Shown here: in pieces, positions 1 to 12,800 of the stretch | Layout of the letters: the number at the start of each line of letters is the position of its first letter | How positions within the stretch are numbered: position 1 is the first letter of the stretch | Assembly (NCBI GenBank): GCA_964057225.1 | Contig: OZ059895.1 | Location: forward strand, 22,630,001-22,694,000 | Direction: 5' to 3' | DNA: 64,000 nt | DNA from: Auanema rhodensis | Lineage: Eukaryota; Animalia; Nematoda | Made by a program: the position numbers and the translations under genes | The notes under the pieces: generated by a model | Told to the model about the DNA's origin: nothing | The model's input: the letters and a program-made list of their open reading frames with translations, nothing else | Databases searched by the model: none

Positions 1-44
1 TCGTTGAATAACATTGTCCATCGTCTTTGCCTTGAAAAAAGGAA

Positions 45-116
45 TCTAAAAACATCTACTTTTTGCTAAATTATTTCGAAATTTTTCGAAAAAATTTTTG
101 TCAAAATGTTTTTGGA
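45..116. other. Intra-monomer imperfect inverted repeat TCTAAAAACAT (45-55) / ATGTTTTTGGA (106-116), present in every unit
   Basis: 10 of 11 positions are complementary; the only mismatch is T47/G114. It encloses the palindromes TTTTTCGAAAAA (82-93) and AAAAATTTTT (90-99). Confidence 0.85.
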
Positions 117-120
117 AGCA

Positions 121-148
121 ATGTTGAGTGTACATGGAAACTCAACAT
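121..148. other. Intra-monomer perfect inverted repeat ATGTTGAGT-N10-ACTCAACAT (9-bp stem)
   Basis: 121-129 is the exact reverse complement of 140-148. Present in all units except the deleted monomer at 54054. Confidence 0.9.
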
Positions 149-231
149 ACACTAATGCATCATTTTTCAAACGATCATAACTAATTTTTGTATTAAGCGT
201 TTCTCAATGTAGTATAGTGCATTCGATGCGG

Positions 232-282
232 ATTTTTAAGCTGCGTCGATCTGTGTTATCAGATTTGCGCTAGCTTAAAAAT
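232..282. other. Intra-monomer long hairpin: ATTTTTAAGCT / AGCTTAAAAAT (11 bp perfect) with inner GCG/CGC and ATCTG/CAGAT stems
   Basis: 232-242 pairs with 272-282, 243-245 with 268-270, and 249-253 with 260-264, around a 6-nt loop. Confidence 0.9.
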
Positions 283-299
283 GCACCGAGATATCAACT

Positions 300-321
300 G
301 ATATAAGTTCACACTTATATC
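300..321. other. Intra-monomer perfect inverted repeat GATATAAGT-TCAC-ACTTATATC (9-bp stem, 4-nt loop)
   Basis: 300-308 is the exact reverse complement of 313-321 in the consensus. Confidence 0.9.
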
Positions 322-3300
322 CTCAATTTTCACCCTGAAGAATTAATTTTTTCGTTGAATAACATTGTCCATCGTCTTTGCCTTGAAAAAAGGAATCTAA
401 AAACATCTACTTTTTGCTAAATTATTTTGAAATTTTTCGAAAAAATTTTTGTCAAAATGTTTTTGGAAGCAATGTTGAGTGTACATGGAAACTCAACATA
501 CACTAATGCATCATTTTTCAAACGATCATAACTAATTTTTGTATTAAGCGTTTCTCAATGTAGTATAGTGCATTCGATGCGGATTTTTAAGCTGCGTCGA
601 TCTGTGTTATCAGATTTGCGCTAGCTTAAAAATGCACCGAGATATCAACTGATATAAGTTCACACTTATATCCTCGATTTTCACCCTGAAGAATTAATTT
701 TTTCGTTGAATAACAATGTCCATCGTATTTGCCTTGAAAAACGGAATCTAAAAACATCTACTTTTTGCTAAATTATTCTGAAATTTTTCGAAAAAATTTT
801 TGTCAAAATGTTTTTGGAAGCAATGTTGAGTGTACATGGAAACTCAACATACACTAATGCATCATTTTTCAAACGATCATAACTAATTTTTGTATTAAGC
901 GTTTCTCAATGTAGTATAGTGCATTCGATGCGGATTTTTAAGCTGCGTCGATCTGTGTTATCAGATTTGCGCTAGCTTAAAAATGCACCGAGATATCAAC
1001 TGATATAAGTTCACACTTATATCCTCGATTTTCACCCTGAAGAATTAATTTTTTCGTTGAATAACATTGTCCATCGTCTTTGCCTTGAAAAAAGGAATCT
1101 AAAAACATCTACTTTTTGCTAAATTATTTTGAAATTTTTCGAAAAAATTTTTGTCAAAATGTTTTTGGAAGCAATGTTGAGTGTACATGGAAACTCAACA
1201 TACACTAATGCATCATTTTTCAAACGATCATAACTAATTTTTGTATTAAGCGTTTCTCAATGTAGTATAGTGCATTCGATGCGGATTTTTAAGCTGCGTC
1301 GATCTGTGTTATCAGATTTGCGCTAGCTTAAAAATGCACCGAGATATCAACTGATATAAGTTCACACTTATATCCTCGATTTTCACCCTGAAGAATTAAT
1401 TTTTTCGTTGAATAACATTGTCCATCGTCTTTGCCTTGAAAAAAGGAATCTAAAAACATCTCCTTTTTGCTAAATTATTTTGAAATTTTTCGAAAAAATT
1501 TTTGTCAAAATGTTTTTGGAAGCAATGTTGAGTGTACATGGAAACTCAACATACACTAATGCATCATTTTTCAAACGATCATAACTAATTTTTGTATTAA
1601 GCGTTTCTCAATGTAGTATAGTGCATTCGATGCGGATTTTTAAGCTGCGTCGATCTGTGTTATCAGATTTGCGCTAGCTTAAAAATGCACCGAGATATCA
1701 ACTGATATAAGTTCACACTTATATCCTCGATTTTCACCCTGAAGAATTAATTTTTTCGTTGAATAACATTGTCCATCGTCTTTGCCTTGAAAAAAGGAAT
1801 CTAAAAACATCTACTTTTTGCTAAATTATTTTGAAATTTTTCGAAAAAATTTTTGTCAAAATGTTTTTGGAAGCAATGTTGAGTGTACATGGAAACTCAA
1901 CATACACTAATGCATCATTTTTCAAACGATCATAACTAATTTTTGTATTAAGCGTTTCTCAATGTAGTATAGTGCATTCGATGCGGATTTTTAAGCTGCG
2001 TCGATCTGTGTTATCAGATTTGCGCTAGCTTAAAAATGCACCGAGATATCAACTGATATAAGTTCACACTTATATCCTCGATTTTCACCCTGAAGAATTA
2101 ATTTTTTCGTTGAATAACATTGTCCATCGTCTTTGCCTTGAAAAAAGGAATCTAAAAACATCTCCTTTTTGCTAAATTATTTTGAAATTTTTCGAAAAAA
2201 TTTTTGTCAAAATGTTTTTGGAAGCAATGTTGAGTGTACATGGAAACTCAACATACACTAATGCATCATTTTTCAAACGATCATAACTAATTTTTGTATT
2301 AAGCGTTTCTCAATGTAGTATAGTGCATTCGATGCGGATTTTTAAGCTGCGTCGATCTGTGTTATCAGATTTGCGCTAGCTTAAAAATGCACCGAGATAT
2401 CAACTGATATAAGTTCACACTTATATCCTCGATGTTCACCCTGAAGAATTAATTTTTTCGTTGAATAACATTGTCCATCGTCTTTGCCTTGAAAAAAGGA
2501 ATCTAAAAACATCTCCTTTTTGCTAAATTATTTTGAAATTTTTCGAAAAAATTTTTGTCAAAATGTTTTTGGAAGCAATGTTGAGTGTACATGGAAACTC
2601 AACATACACTAATGCATCATTTTTCAAACGATCATAACTAATTTTTGTATTAAGCGTTTCTCAATGTAGTATAGTGCATTCGATGCGGATTTTTAAGCTG
2701 CGTCGATCTGTGTTATCAGATTTGCGCTAGCTTAAAAATGCACCGAGATATCAACTGATATAAGTTCACACTTATATCCTCGATTTTCACCCTGAAGAAT
2801 TAATTTTTTCGTTGAATAACATTGTCCATCGTCTTTGCCTTGAAAAAAGGAATCTAAAAACATCTACTTTTTGCTAAATTATTTTGAAATTTTTCGAAAA
2901 AATTTTTGTCAAAATGTTTTTGGAAGCAATGTTGAGTGTACATGGAAACTCAACATACACTAATGCATCATTTTTCAAACGATCATAACTAATTTTTGTA
3001 TTAAGCGTTTCTCAATGTAGTATAGTGCATTCGATGCGGATTTTTAAGCTGCGTCGATCTGTGTTATCAGATTTGCGCTAGCTTAAAAATGCACCGAGAT
3101 ATCAACTGATATAAGTTCACACTTATATCCTCGATTTTCACCCTGAAGAATTAATTTTTTCGTTGAATAACAATGTCCATCGTATTTGCCTTGAAAAACG
3201 GAATCTAAAAACATCTACTTTTTGCTAAATTATTCTGAAATTTTTCGAAAAAATTTTTGTCAAAATGTTTTTGGAAGCAATGTTGAGTGTACATGGAAAC

Positions 3301-6300
3301 TCAACATACACTAATGCATCATTTTTCAAACGATCATAACTAATTTTTGTATTAAGCGTTTCTCAATGTAGTATAGTGCATTCGATGCGGATTTTTAAGC
3401 TGCGTCGATCTGTGTTATCAGATTTGCGCTAGCTTAAAAATGCACCGAGATATCAACTGATATAAGTTCACACTTATATCCTCGATTTTCACCCTGAAGA
3501 ATTAATTTTTTCGTTGAATAACATTGTCCATCGTCTTTGCCTTGAAAAAAGGAATCTAAAAACATCTACTTTTTGCTAAATTATTTTGAAATTTTTCGAA
3601 AAAATTTTTGTCAAAATGTTTTTGGAAGCAATGTTGAGTGTACATGGAAACTCAACATACACTAATGCATCATTTTTCAAACGATCATAACTAATTTTTG
3701 TATTAAGCGTTTCTCAATGTAGTATAGTGCATTCGATGCGGATTTTTAAGCTGCGTCGATCTGTGTTATCAGATTTGCGCTAGCTTAAAAATGCACCGAG
3801 ATATCAACTGATATAAGTTCACACTTATATCCTCGATTTTCACCCTGAAGAAATAATTTTTTCGTTGAATAACATTGTCCATCGTCTTTGCCTTGAAAAA
3901 AGGAATCTAAAAACATCTCCTTTTTGCTAAATTATTTTGAAATTTTTCGAAAAAATTTTTGTCAAAATGTTTTTGGAAGCAATGTTGAGTGTACATGGAA
4001 ACTCAACATACACTAATGCATCATTTTTCAAACGATCATAACTAATTTTTGTATTGAGCGTTTCTCAATGTAGTATAGTGCATTAGATGCGGATTTTTAA
4101 GCTGCGTCGATCTGTGTTATCAGATTTGCGCTAGCTTAAAAATGCACCGAGATATCAACTGATATAAGTTCACACTTATATCCTCGATTTTCACCCTGAA
4201 GAATTAATTTTTTCGTTGAATAACATTGTCCATCGTCTTTGCCTTGAAAAAAGGAATCTAAAAACATCTACTTTTTGCTAAATTATTTCGAAATTTTTCG
4301 AAAAAATTTTTGTCAAAATGTTTTTGGAAGCAATGTTGAGTGTACATGGAAACTCAACATACACTAATGCATCATTTTTCAAACGATCATAACTAATTTT
4401 TGTATTAAGCGTTTCTCAATGTAGTATAGTGCATTCGATGCGGATTTTTAAGCTGCGTCGATCTGTGTTATCAGATTTGCGCTAGCTTAAAAATGCACCG
4501 AGATATCAACTGATATAAGTTCACACTTATATCCTCAATTTTCACCCTGAAGAATTAATTTTTTCGTTGAATAACATTGTCCATCGTCTTTGCCTTGAAA
4601 AAAGGAATCTAAAAACATCTACTTTTTGCTAAATTATTTTGAAATTTTTCGAAAAAATTTTTGTCAAAATGTTTTTGGAAGCAATGTTGAGTGTACATGG
4701 AAACTCAACATACACTAATGCATCATTTTTCAAACGATCATAACTAATTTTTGTATTGAGCGTTTCTCAATGTAGTATAGTGCATTCGATGCGGATTTTT
4801 AAGCTGCGTCGATCTGTGTTATCAGATTTGCGCTAGCTTAAAAATGCACCGAGATATCAACTGATATAAGTTCACACTTATATCCTCGATTTTCACCCTG
4901 AAGAATTAATTTTTTCATTGAATAACATTGTCCATCGTCTTTGCCATGAAAAAAGGAATCTAAAAACATCTACTTTTTGCTAAATTATTTTGAAATTTTT
5001 CGAAAAAATTTTTGTCAAAATGTTTTTGGAAGCAATGTTGAGTGTACATGGAAACTCAACATACACTAATGCATCATTTTTCAAACGATCATAACTAATT
5101 TTTGTATTGAGCGTTTCTCAATGTAGTATAGTGCATTCGATGCGGATTTTTAAGCTGCGTCGATCTGTGTTATCAGATTTGCGCTAGCTTAAAAATGCAC
5201 CGAGATATCAACTGATATAAGTTCACACTTATATCCTCAATTTTCACCCTGAAGAATTAATTTTTTCGTTGAATAACATTGTCCATCGTCTTTGCCTTGA
5301 AAAAAGGAATCTAAAAACATCTACTTTTTGCTAAATTATTTTGAAATTTTTCGAAAAAATTTTTGTCAAAATGTTTTTGGAAGCAATGTTGAGTGTACAT
5401 GGAAACTCAACATACACTAATGCATCATTTTTCAAACGATCATAACTAATTTTTGTATTAAGCGTTTCTCAATGTAGTATAGTGCATTCGATGCGGATTT
5501 TTAAGCTGCGTCGATCTGTGTTATCAGATTTGCGCTAGCTTAAAAATGCACCGAGATATCAACTGATATAAGTTCACACTTATATCCTCGATTTTCACCC
5601 TGAAGAATTAATTTTTTCGTTGAATAACAATGTCCATCGTATTTGCCTTGAAAAACGGAATCTAAAAACATCTACTTTTTGCTAAATTATTCTGAAATTT
5701 TTCGAAAAAATTTCTGTCAAAATGTTTTTGGAAGCAATGTTGAGTGTACATGGAAACTCAACATACACTAATGCATCATTTTTCAAACGATCATAACTAA
5801 TTTTTGTATTAAGCGTTTCTCAATGTAGTATAGTGCATTCGATGCGGATTTTTAAGCTGCGTCGATCTGTGTTATCAGATTTGCGCTAGCTTAAAAATGC
5901 ACCGAGATATCAACTGATATAAGTTCACACTTATATCCTCGATTTTCACCCTGAAGAATTAATTTTTTCGTTGAATAACATTGTCCATCGTCTTTGCCTT
6001 GAAAAAAGGAATCTAAAAACATCTACTTTTTGCTAAATTATTTCGAAATTTTTCGAAAAAATTTTTGTCAAAATGTTTTTGGAAGCAATGTTGAGTGTAC
6101 ATGGAAACTCAACATACACTAATGCATCATTTTTCAAACGATCATAACTAATTTTTGTATTAAGCGTTTCTCAATGTAGTATAGTGCATTCGATGCGGAT
6201 TTTTAAGCTGCGTCGATCTGTGTTATCAGATTTGCGCTAGCTTAAAAATGCACCGAGATATCAACTGATATAAGTTCACACTTATATCCTCGATTTTCAC

Positions 6301-9300
6301 CCTGAAGAATTAATTTTTTCATTGAATAACATTGTCCATCGTCTTTGCCATAAAAAAAGGAATCTAAAAACATCTACTTTTTGCTAAATTATTTTGAAAT
6401 TTTTCGAAAAAATTTTTGTCAAAATGTTTTTGGAAGCAATGTTGAGTGTACATGGAAACTCAACATACACTAATGCATCATTTTTCAAACGATCATAACT
6501 AATTTTTGTATTAAGCGTTTCTCAATGTAGTATAGTGCATTCGATGCGGATTTTTAAGCTGCGTCGATCTGTGTTATCAGATTTGCGCTAGCTTAAAAAT
6601 GCACCGAGATATCAACTGATATAAGTTCACACTTATATCCTCGATTTTCACCCTGAAGAATTAATTTTTTCGTTGAATAACATTGTCCATCGTCTTTGCC
6701 TTGAAAAAAGGAATCTAAAAACATCTACTTTTTGCTAAATTATTTCGAAATTTTTCGAAAAAATTTTTGTCAAAATGTTTTTGGAAGCAATGTTGAGTGT
6801 ACATGGAAACTCAACATACACTAATGCATCATTTTTCAAACGATCATAACTAATTTTTGTATTAAGCGTTTCTCAATGTAGTATAGTGCATTCGATGCGG
6901 ATTTTTAAGCTGCGTCGATCTGTGTTATCAGATTTGCGCTAGCTTAAAAATGCACCGAGATATCAACTGATATAAGTTCACACTTATATCCTCGATTTTC
7001 ACCCTGAAGAATTAATTTTTTCATTGAATAACATTGTCCATCGTCTTTGCCATAAAAAAAGGAATCTAAAAACATCTACTTTTTGCTAAATTATTTTGAA
7101 ATTTTTCGAAAAAATTTTTGTCAAAATGTTTTTGGAAGCAATGTTGAGTGTACATGGAAACTCAACATACACTAATGCATCATTTTTCAAACGATCATAA
7201 CTTATTTTTGTATTAAGCGTTTCTCAGTGTAGTATAGTGCATTCGATGCGGATTTTTAAGCTGCGTCGATCTGTGTTATCAGATTTGCGCTAGCTTAAAA
7301 ATGCACCGAGATATCAACTGATATAAGTTCACACTTATATCCTCAATTTTCACCCTGAAGAATTAATTTTTTCGTTGAATAACATTGTCCATCGTCTTTG
7401 CCTTGAAAAAAGGAATCTAAAAACATCTACTTTTTGCTAAATTATTTTGAAATTTTTCGAAAAAATTTTTGTCAAAATGTTTTTGGAAGCAATGTTGAGT
7501 GTACATGGAAACTCAACATACACTACTGCATCATTTTTCAAACGATCATAACTAATTTTTGTATTAAGCGTTTCTCAATGTAGTATAGTGCATTCGATGC
7601 GGATTTTTAAGCTGCGTCGATCTGTGTTATCAGATTTGCGCTAGCTTAAAAATGCACCGAGATATCAACTGATATAAGTTCACACTTATATCCTCGATTT
7701 TCACCCTGAAGAATTAATTTTTTCATTGAATAACATTGTCCATCGTCTTTGCCTTGAAAAAAGGAATCTAAAAACATCTACTTTTTGCTAAATTATTTTG
7801 AAATTTTTCGAAAACATTTTTGTCAAAATGTTTTTGGAAGCAATGTTGAGTGTACATGGAAACTCAACATACACTAATGCATCATTTTTCAAACGATCAT
7901 AACTAATTTTTGTATTAAGCGTTTCTCAATGTAGTATAGTGCATTCGATGCGGATTTTTAAGCTGCGTCGATCTGTGTTATCAGATTTGCGCTAGCTTAA
8001 AAATGCACCGAGATATCAACTGATATAAGTTCACACTTATATCCTCGATTTTCACCCTGAAGAATTAATTTTTTCATTGAATAACATTGTCCATCGTCTT
8101 TGCCATAAAAAAAGGAATCTAAAAACATCTACTTTTTGCTAAATTATTTTGAAATTTTTCGAAAAAATTTTTGTCAAAATGTTTTTGGAAGCAATGTTGA
8201 GTGTACATGGAAACTCAACATACACTAATGCATCATTTTTCAAACGATCATAACTAATTTTTGTATTAAGCGTTTCTCAGTGTAGTATAGTGCATTCGAT
8301 GCGGATTTTTAAGCTGCGTCGATCTGTGTTATCAGATTTGCGCTAGCTTAAAAATGCACCGAGATATCAACTGATATAAGTTCACACTTATATCCTCAAT
8401 TTTCACCCTGAAGAATTAATTTTTTCGTTGAATAACATTGTCCATCGTCTTTGCCTTGAAAAAAGGAATCTAAAAACATCTACTTTTTGCTAAATTATTT
8501 TGAAATTTTTCGAAAAAATTTTTGTCAAAATGTTTTTGGAAGCAATGTTGAGTGTACATGGAAACTCAACATACACTAATGCATCATTTTTCAAACGATC
8601 ATAACTAATTTTTGTATTAAGCGTTTCTCAATGTAGTATAGTGCATTCGATGCGGATTTTTAAGCTGCGTCGATCTGTGTTATCAGATTTGCGCTAGCTT
8701 AAAAATGCACCGAGATATCAACTGATATAAGTTCACACTTATATCCTCGATTTTCACCCTGAAGAATTAATTTTTTCATTGAATAACATTGTCCATCGTC
8801 TTTGCCTTGAAAAAAGGAATCTAAAAACATCTAATTTTTGCTAAATTATTTTGAAATTTTTCGAAAAAATTTTTGTCAAAATGTTTTTGGAAGCAATGTT
8901 GAGTGTACATGGAAACTCAACATACACTAATGCATCATTTTTCAAACGATCATAACTAATTTTTGTATTAAGCGTTTCTCAATGTAGTATAGTGCATTCG
9001 ATGCGGATTTTTAAGCTGCGTCGATCTGTGTTATCAGATTTGCGCTAGCTTAAAAATGCACCGAGATATCAACTGATATAAGTTCACACTTATATCCTCG
9101 ATTTTCACCCTGAAGAATTAATTTTTTCGTTGAATAACAATGTCCATCGTATTTGCCTTGAAAAACGGAATCTAAAAACATCTACTTTTTGCTAAATTAT
9201 TCTGAAATTTTTCGAAAAAATTTTTGTCAAAATGTTTTTGGAAGCAATGTTGAGTGTACATGGAAACTCAACATACACTAATGCATCATTTTTCAAACGA

Positions 9301-9828
9301 TCATAACTAATTTTTGTATTAAGCGTTTCTCAATGTAGTATAGTGCATTCGATGCGGATTTTTAAGCTGCGTCGATCTGTGTTATCAGATTTGCGCTAGC
9401 TTAAAAATGCACCGAGATATCAACTGATATAAGTTCACACTTATATCCTCGATTTTCACCCTGAAGAATTAATTTTTTCGTTGAATAACATTGTCCATCG
9501 TCTTTGCCTTGAAAAAAGGAATCTAAAAACATCTACTTTTTGCTAAATTATTTCGAAATTTTTCGAAAAAATTTTTGTCAAAATGTTTTTGGAAGCAATG
9601 TTGAGTGTACATGGAAACTCAACATACACTAATGCATCATTTTTCAAACGATCATAACTAATTTTTGTATTAAGCGTTTCTCAATGTAGTATAGTGCATT
9701 CGATGCGGATTTTTAAGCTGCGTCGATCTGTGTTATCAGATTTGCGCTAGCTTAAAAATGCACCGAGATATCAACTGATATAAGTTCACACTTATATCCT
9801 CGATTTTCACCCTGAAGAATTAATTTTT

Positions 9829-12800
9829 TCATTGAATAACATTGTCCATCGTCTTTGCCATAAAAAAAGGAATCTAAAAACATCTACTTTTTGCTAAATT
9901 ATTTTGAAATTTTTCGAAAAAATTTTTGTCAAAATGTTTTTGGAAGCAATGTTGAGTGTACATGGAAACTCAACATACACTAATGCATCATTTTTCAAAC
10001 GATCATAACTAATTTTTGTATTAAGCGTTTCTCAGTGTAGTATAGTGCATTCGATGCGGATTTTTAAGCTGCGTCGATCTGTGTTATCAGATTTGCGCTA
10101 GCTTAAAAATGCACCGAGATATCAACTGATATAAGTTCACACTTATATCCTCAATTTTCACCCTGAAGAATTAATTTTTTCGTTGAATAACATTGTCCAT
10201 CGTCTTTGCCTTGAAAAAAGGAATCTAAAAACATCTACTTTTTGCTAAATTATTTTGAAATTTTTCGAAAAAATTTTTGTCAAAATGTTTTTGGAAGCAA
10301 TGTTGAGTGTACATGGAAACTCAACATACACTAATGCATCATTTTTCAAACGATCATAACTAATTTTTGTATTAAGCGTTTCTCAATGTAGTATAGTGCA
10401 TTCGATGCGGATTTTTAAGCTGCGTCGATCTGTGTTATCAGATTTGCGCTAGCTTAAAAATGCACCGAGATATCAACTGATATAAGTTCACACTTATATC
10501 CTCGATTTTCACCCTGAAGAATTAATTTTTTCATTGAATAACATTGTCCATCGTCTTTGCCTTGAAAAAAGGAATCTAAAAACATCTACTTTTTGCTAAA
10601 TTATTTTGAAATTTTTCGAAAAAATTTTTGTCAAAATGTTTTTGGAAGCAATGTTGAGTGTACATGGAAACTCAACATACACTAATGCATCATTTTTCAA
10701 ACGATCATAACTAATTTTTGTATTAAGCGTTTCGCAATGTAGTATAGTGCATTCGATGCGGATTTTTAAGCTGCGTCGATCTGTGTTATCAGATTTGCGC
10801 TAGCTTAAAAATGCACCGAGATATCAACTGATATAAGTTCACACTTATATCCTCAATTTTCACCCTGAAGAATTAATTTTTTCGTTGAATAACATTGTCC
10901 ATCGTCTTTGCCTTGAAAAAAGGAATCTAAAAACATCTACTTTTTGCTAAATTATTTTGAAATTTTTCGAAAAAATTTTTGTCAAAATGTTTTTGGAAGC
11001 AATGTTGAGTGTACATGGAAACTCAACATACACTAATGCATCATTTTTCAAACGATCATAACTAATTTTTGTATTAAGCGTTTCTCAATGTAGTATAGTG
11101 CATTCGATGCGGATTTTTAAGCTGCGTCGATCTGTGTTATCAGATTTGCGCTAGCTTAAAAATGCACCGAGATATCAACTGATATAAGTTCACACTTATA
11201 TCCTCGATTTTCACCCTGAAGAATTAATTTTTTCATTGAATAACATTGTCCATCGTCTTTGCCATAAAAAAAGGAATCTAAAAACATCTACTTTTTGCTA
11301 AATTATTTTGAAATTTTTCGAAAAAATTTTTGTCAAAATGTTTTTGGAAGCAATGTTGAGTGTACATGGAAACTCAACATACACTAATGCATCATTTTTC
11401 AAACGATCATAACTAATTTTTGTATTAAGCGTTTCTCAGTGTAGTATAGTGCATTCGATGCGGATTTTTAAGCTGCGTCGATCTGTGTTATCAGATTTGC
11501 GCTAGCTTAAAAATGCACCGAGATATCAACTGATATAAGTTCACACTTATATCCTCAATTTTCACCCTGAAGAATTAATTTTTTCGTTGAATAACATTGT
11601 CCATCGTCTTTGCCTTGAAAAAAGGAATCTAAAAACATCTACTTTTTGCTAAATTATTTTGAAATTTTTCGAAAAAATTTTTGTCAAAATGTTTTTGGAA
11701 GCAATGTTGAGTGTACATGGAAACTCAACATACACTAATGCATCATTTTTCAAACGATCATAACTAATTTTTGTATTAAGCGTTTCTCAATGTAGTATAG
11801 TGCATTCGATGCGGATTTTTAAGCTGCGTCGATCTGTGTTATCAGATTTGCGCTAGCTTAAAAATGCACCGAGATATCAACTGATATAAGTTCACACTTA
11901 TATCCTCGATTTTCACCCTGAAGAATTAATTTTTTCATTGAATAACATTGTCCATCGTCTTTGCCATAAAAAAAGGAATCTAAAAACATCTACTTTTTGC
12001 TAAATTATTTTGAAATTTTTCGAAAAAATTTTTGTCAAAATGTTTTTGGAAGCAATGTTGAGTGTACATGGAAACTCAACATACACTAATGCATCATTTT
12101 TCAAACGATCATAACTAATTTTTGTATTAAGCGTTTCTCAATGTAGTATAGTGCATTCGATGCGGATTTTTAAGCTGCGTCGATCTGTGTTATCAGATTT
12201 GCGCTAGCTTAAAAATGCACCGAGATATCAACTGATATAAGTTCACACTTATATCCTCGATTTTCACCCTGAAGAATTAATTTTTTCATTGAATAACATT
12301 GTCCATCGTCTTTGCCATAAAAAAAGGAATCTAAAAACATCTACTTTTTGCTAAATTATTTTGAAATTTTTCGAAAAAATTTTTGTCAAAATGTTTTTGG
12401 AAGCAATGTTGAGTGTACATGGAAACTCAACATACACTAATGCATCATTTTTCAAACGATCATAACTAATTTTTGTATTAAGCGTTTCTCAGTGTAGTAT
12501 AGTGCATTCGATGCGGATTTTTAAGCTGCGTCGATCTGTGTTATCAGATTTGCGCTAGCTTAAAAATGCACCGAGATATCAACTGATATAAGTTCACACT
12601 TATATCCTCAATTTTCACCCTGAAGAATTAATTTTTTCGTTGAATAACATTGTCCATCGTCTTTGCCTTGAAAAAAGGAATCTAAAAACATCTACTTTTT
12701 GCTAAATTATTTTGAAATTTTTCGAAAAAATTTTTGTCAAAATGTTTTTGGAAGCAATGTTGAGTGTACATGGAAACTCAACATACACTAATGCATCATT

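Larger units (their letters stand above)
1..351. repeat. Reference monomer (351 bp; boundary arbitrary). This copy carries T77C and G325A; 352-702 matches the left-domain consensus
   Basis: Direct comparison of 1-351 with 352-702 and later units. Confidence 0.97.

Noticed and set aside
300-321. Compensatory covariation A306T / T315A in the 300-321 hairpin
   Set aside because: The positions pair, but A306T occurs only in domain B and T315A only in two domain-A units (19269, 26991), never together. T304A and T308G/C also break the stem, so there is no evidence of selection on this hairpin.
1-351. Tandem RNA gene (5S rRNA, tRNA, snRNA, spliced leader) as the repeat unit
   Set aside because: I recognise no 5S, cloverleaf or Pol III box signatures, and GC is low. 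An Rfam cmscan would be needed to exclude it formally.
1-351. Assignment to a named ~350-360 bp insect satellite family (e.g. Drosophila 1.688 or tenebrionid satellites)
   Set aside because: Only length and AT-richness are similar; I cannot recognise sequence identity without BLAST.
1-351. Monomer as a diverged dimer of two ~175-bp halves
   Set aside because: By-eye alignment of 1-175 with 176-351 shows no evident similarity.
350-366. CENP-B-box-like motif TTTCGTTGAATAACATT
   Set aside because: It matches the TTCG and central A of the box but lacks the essential CGGG half, and G3A disrupts it in many units.
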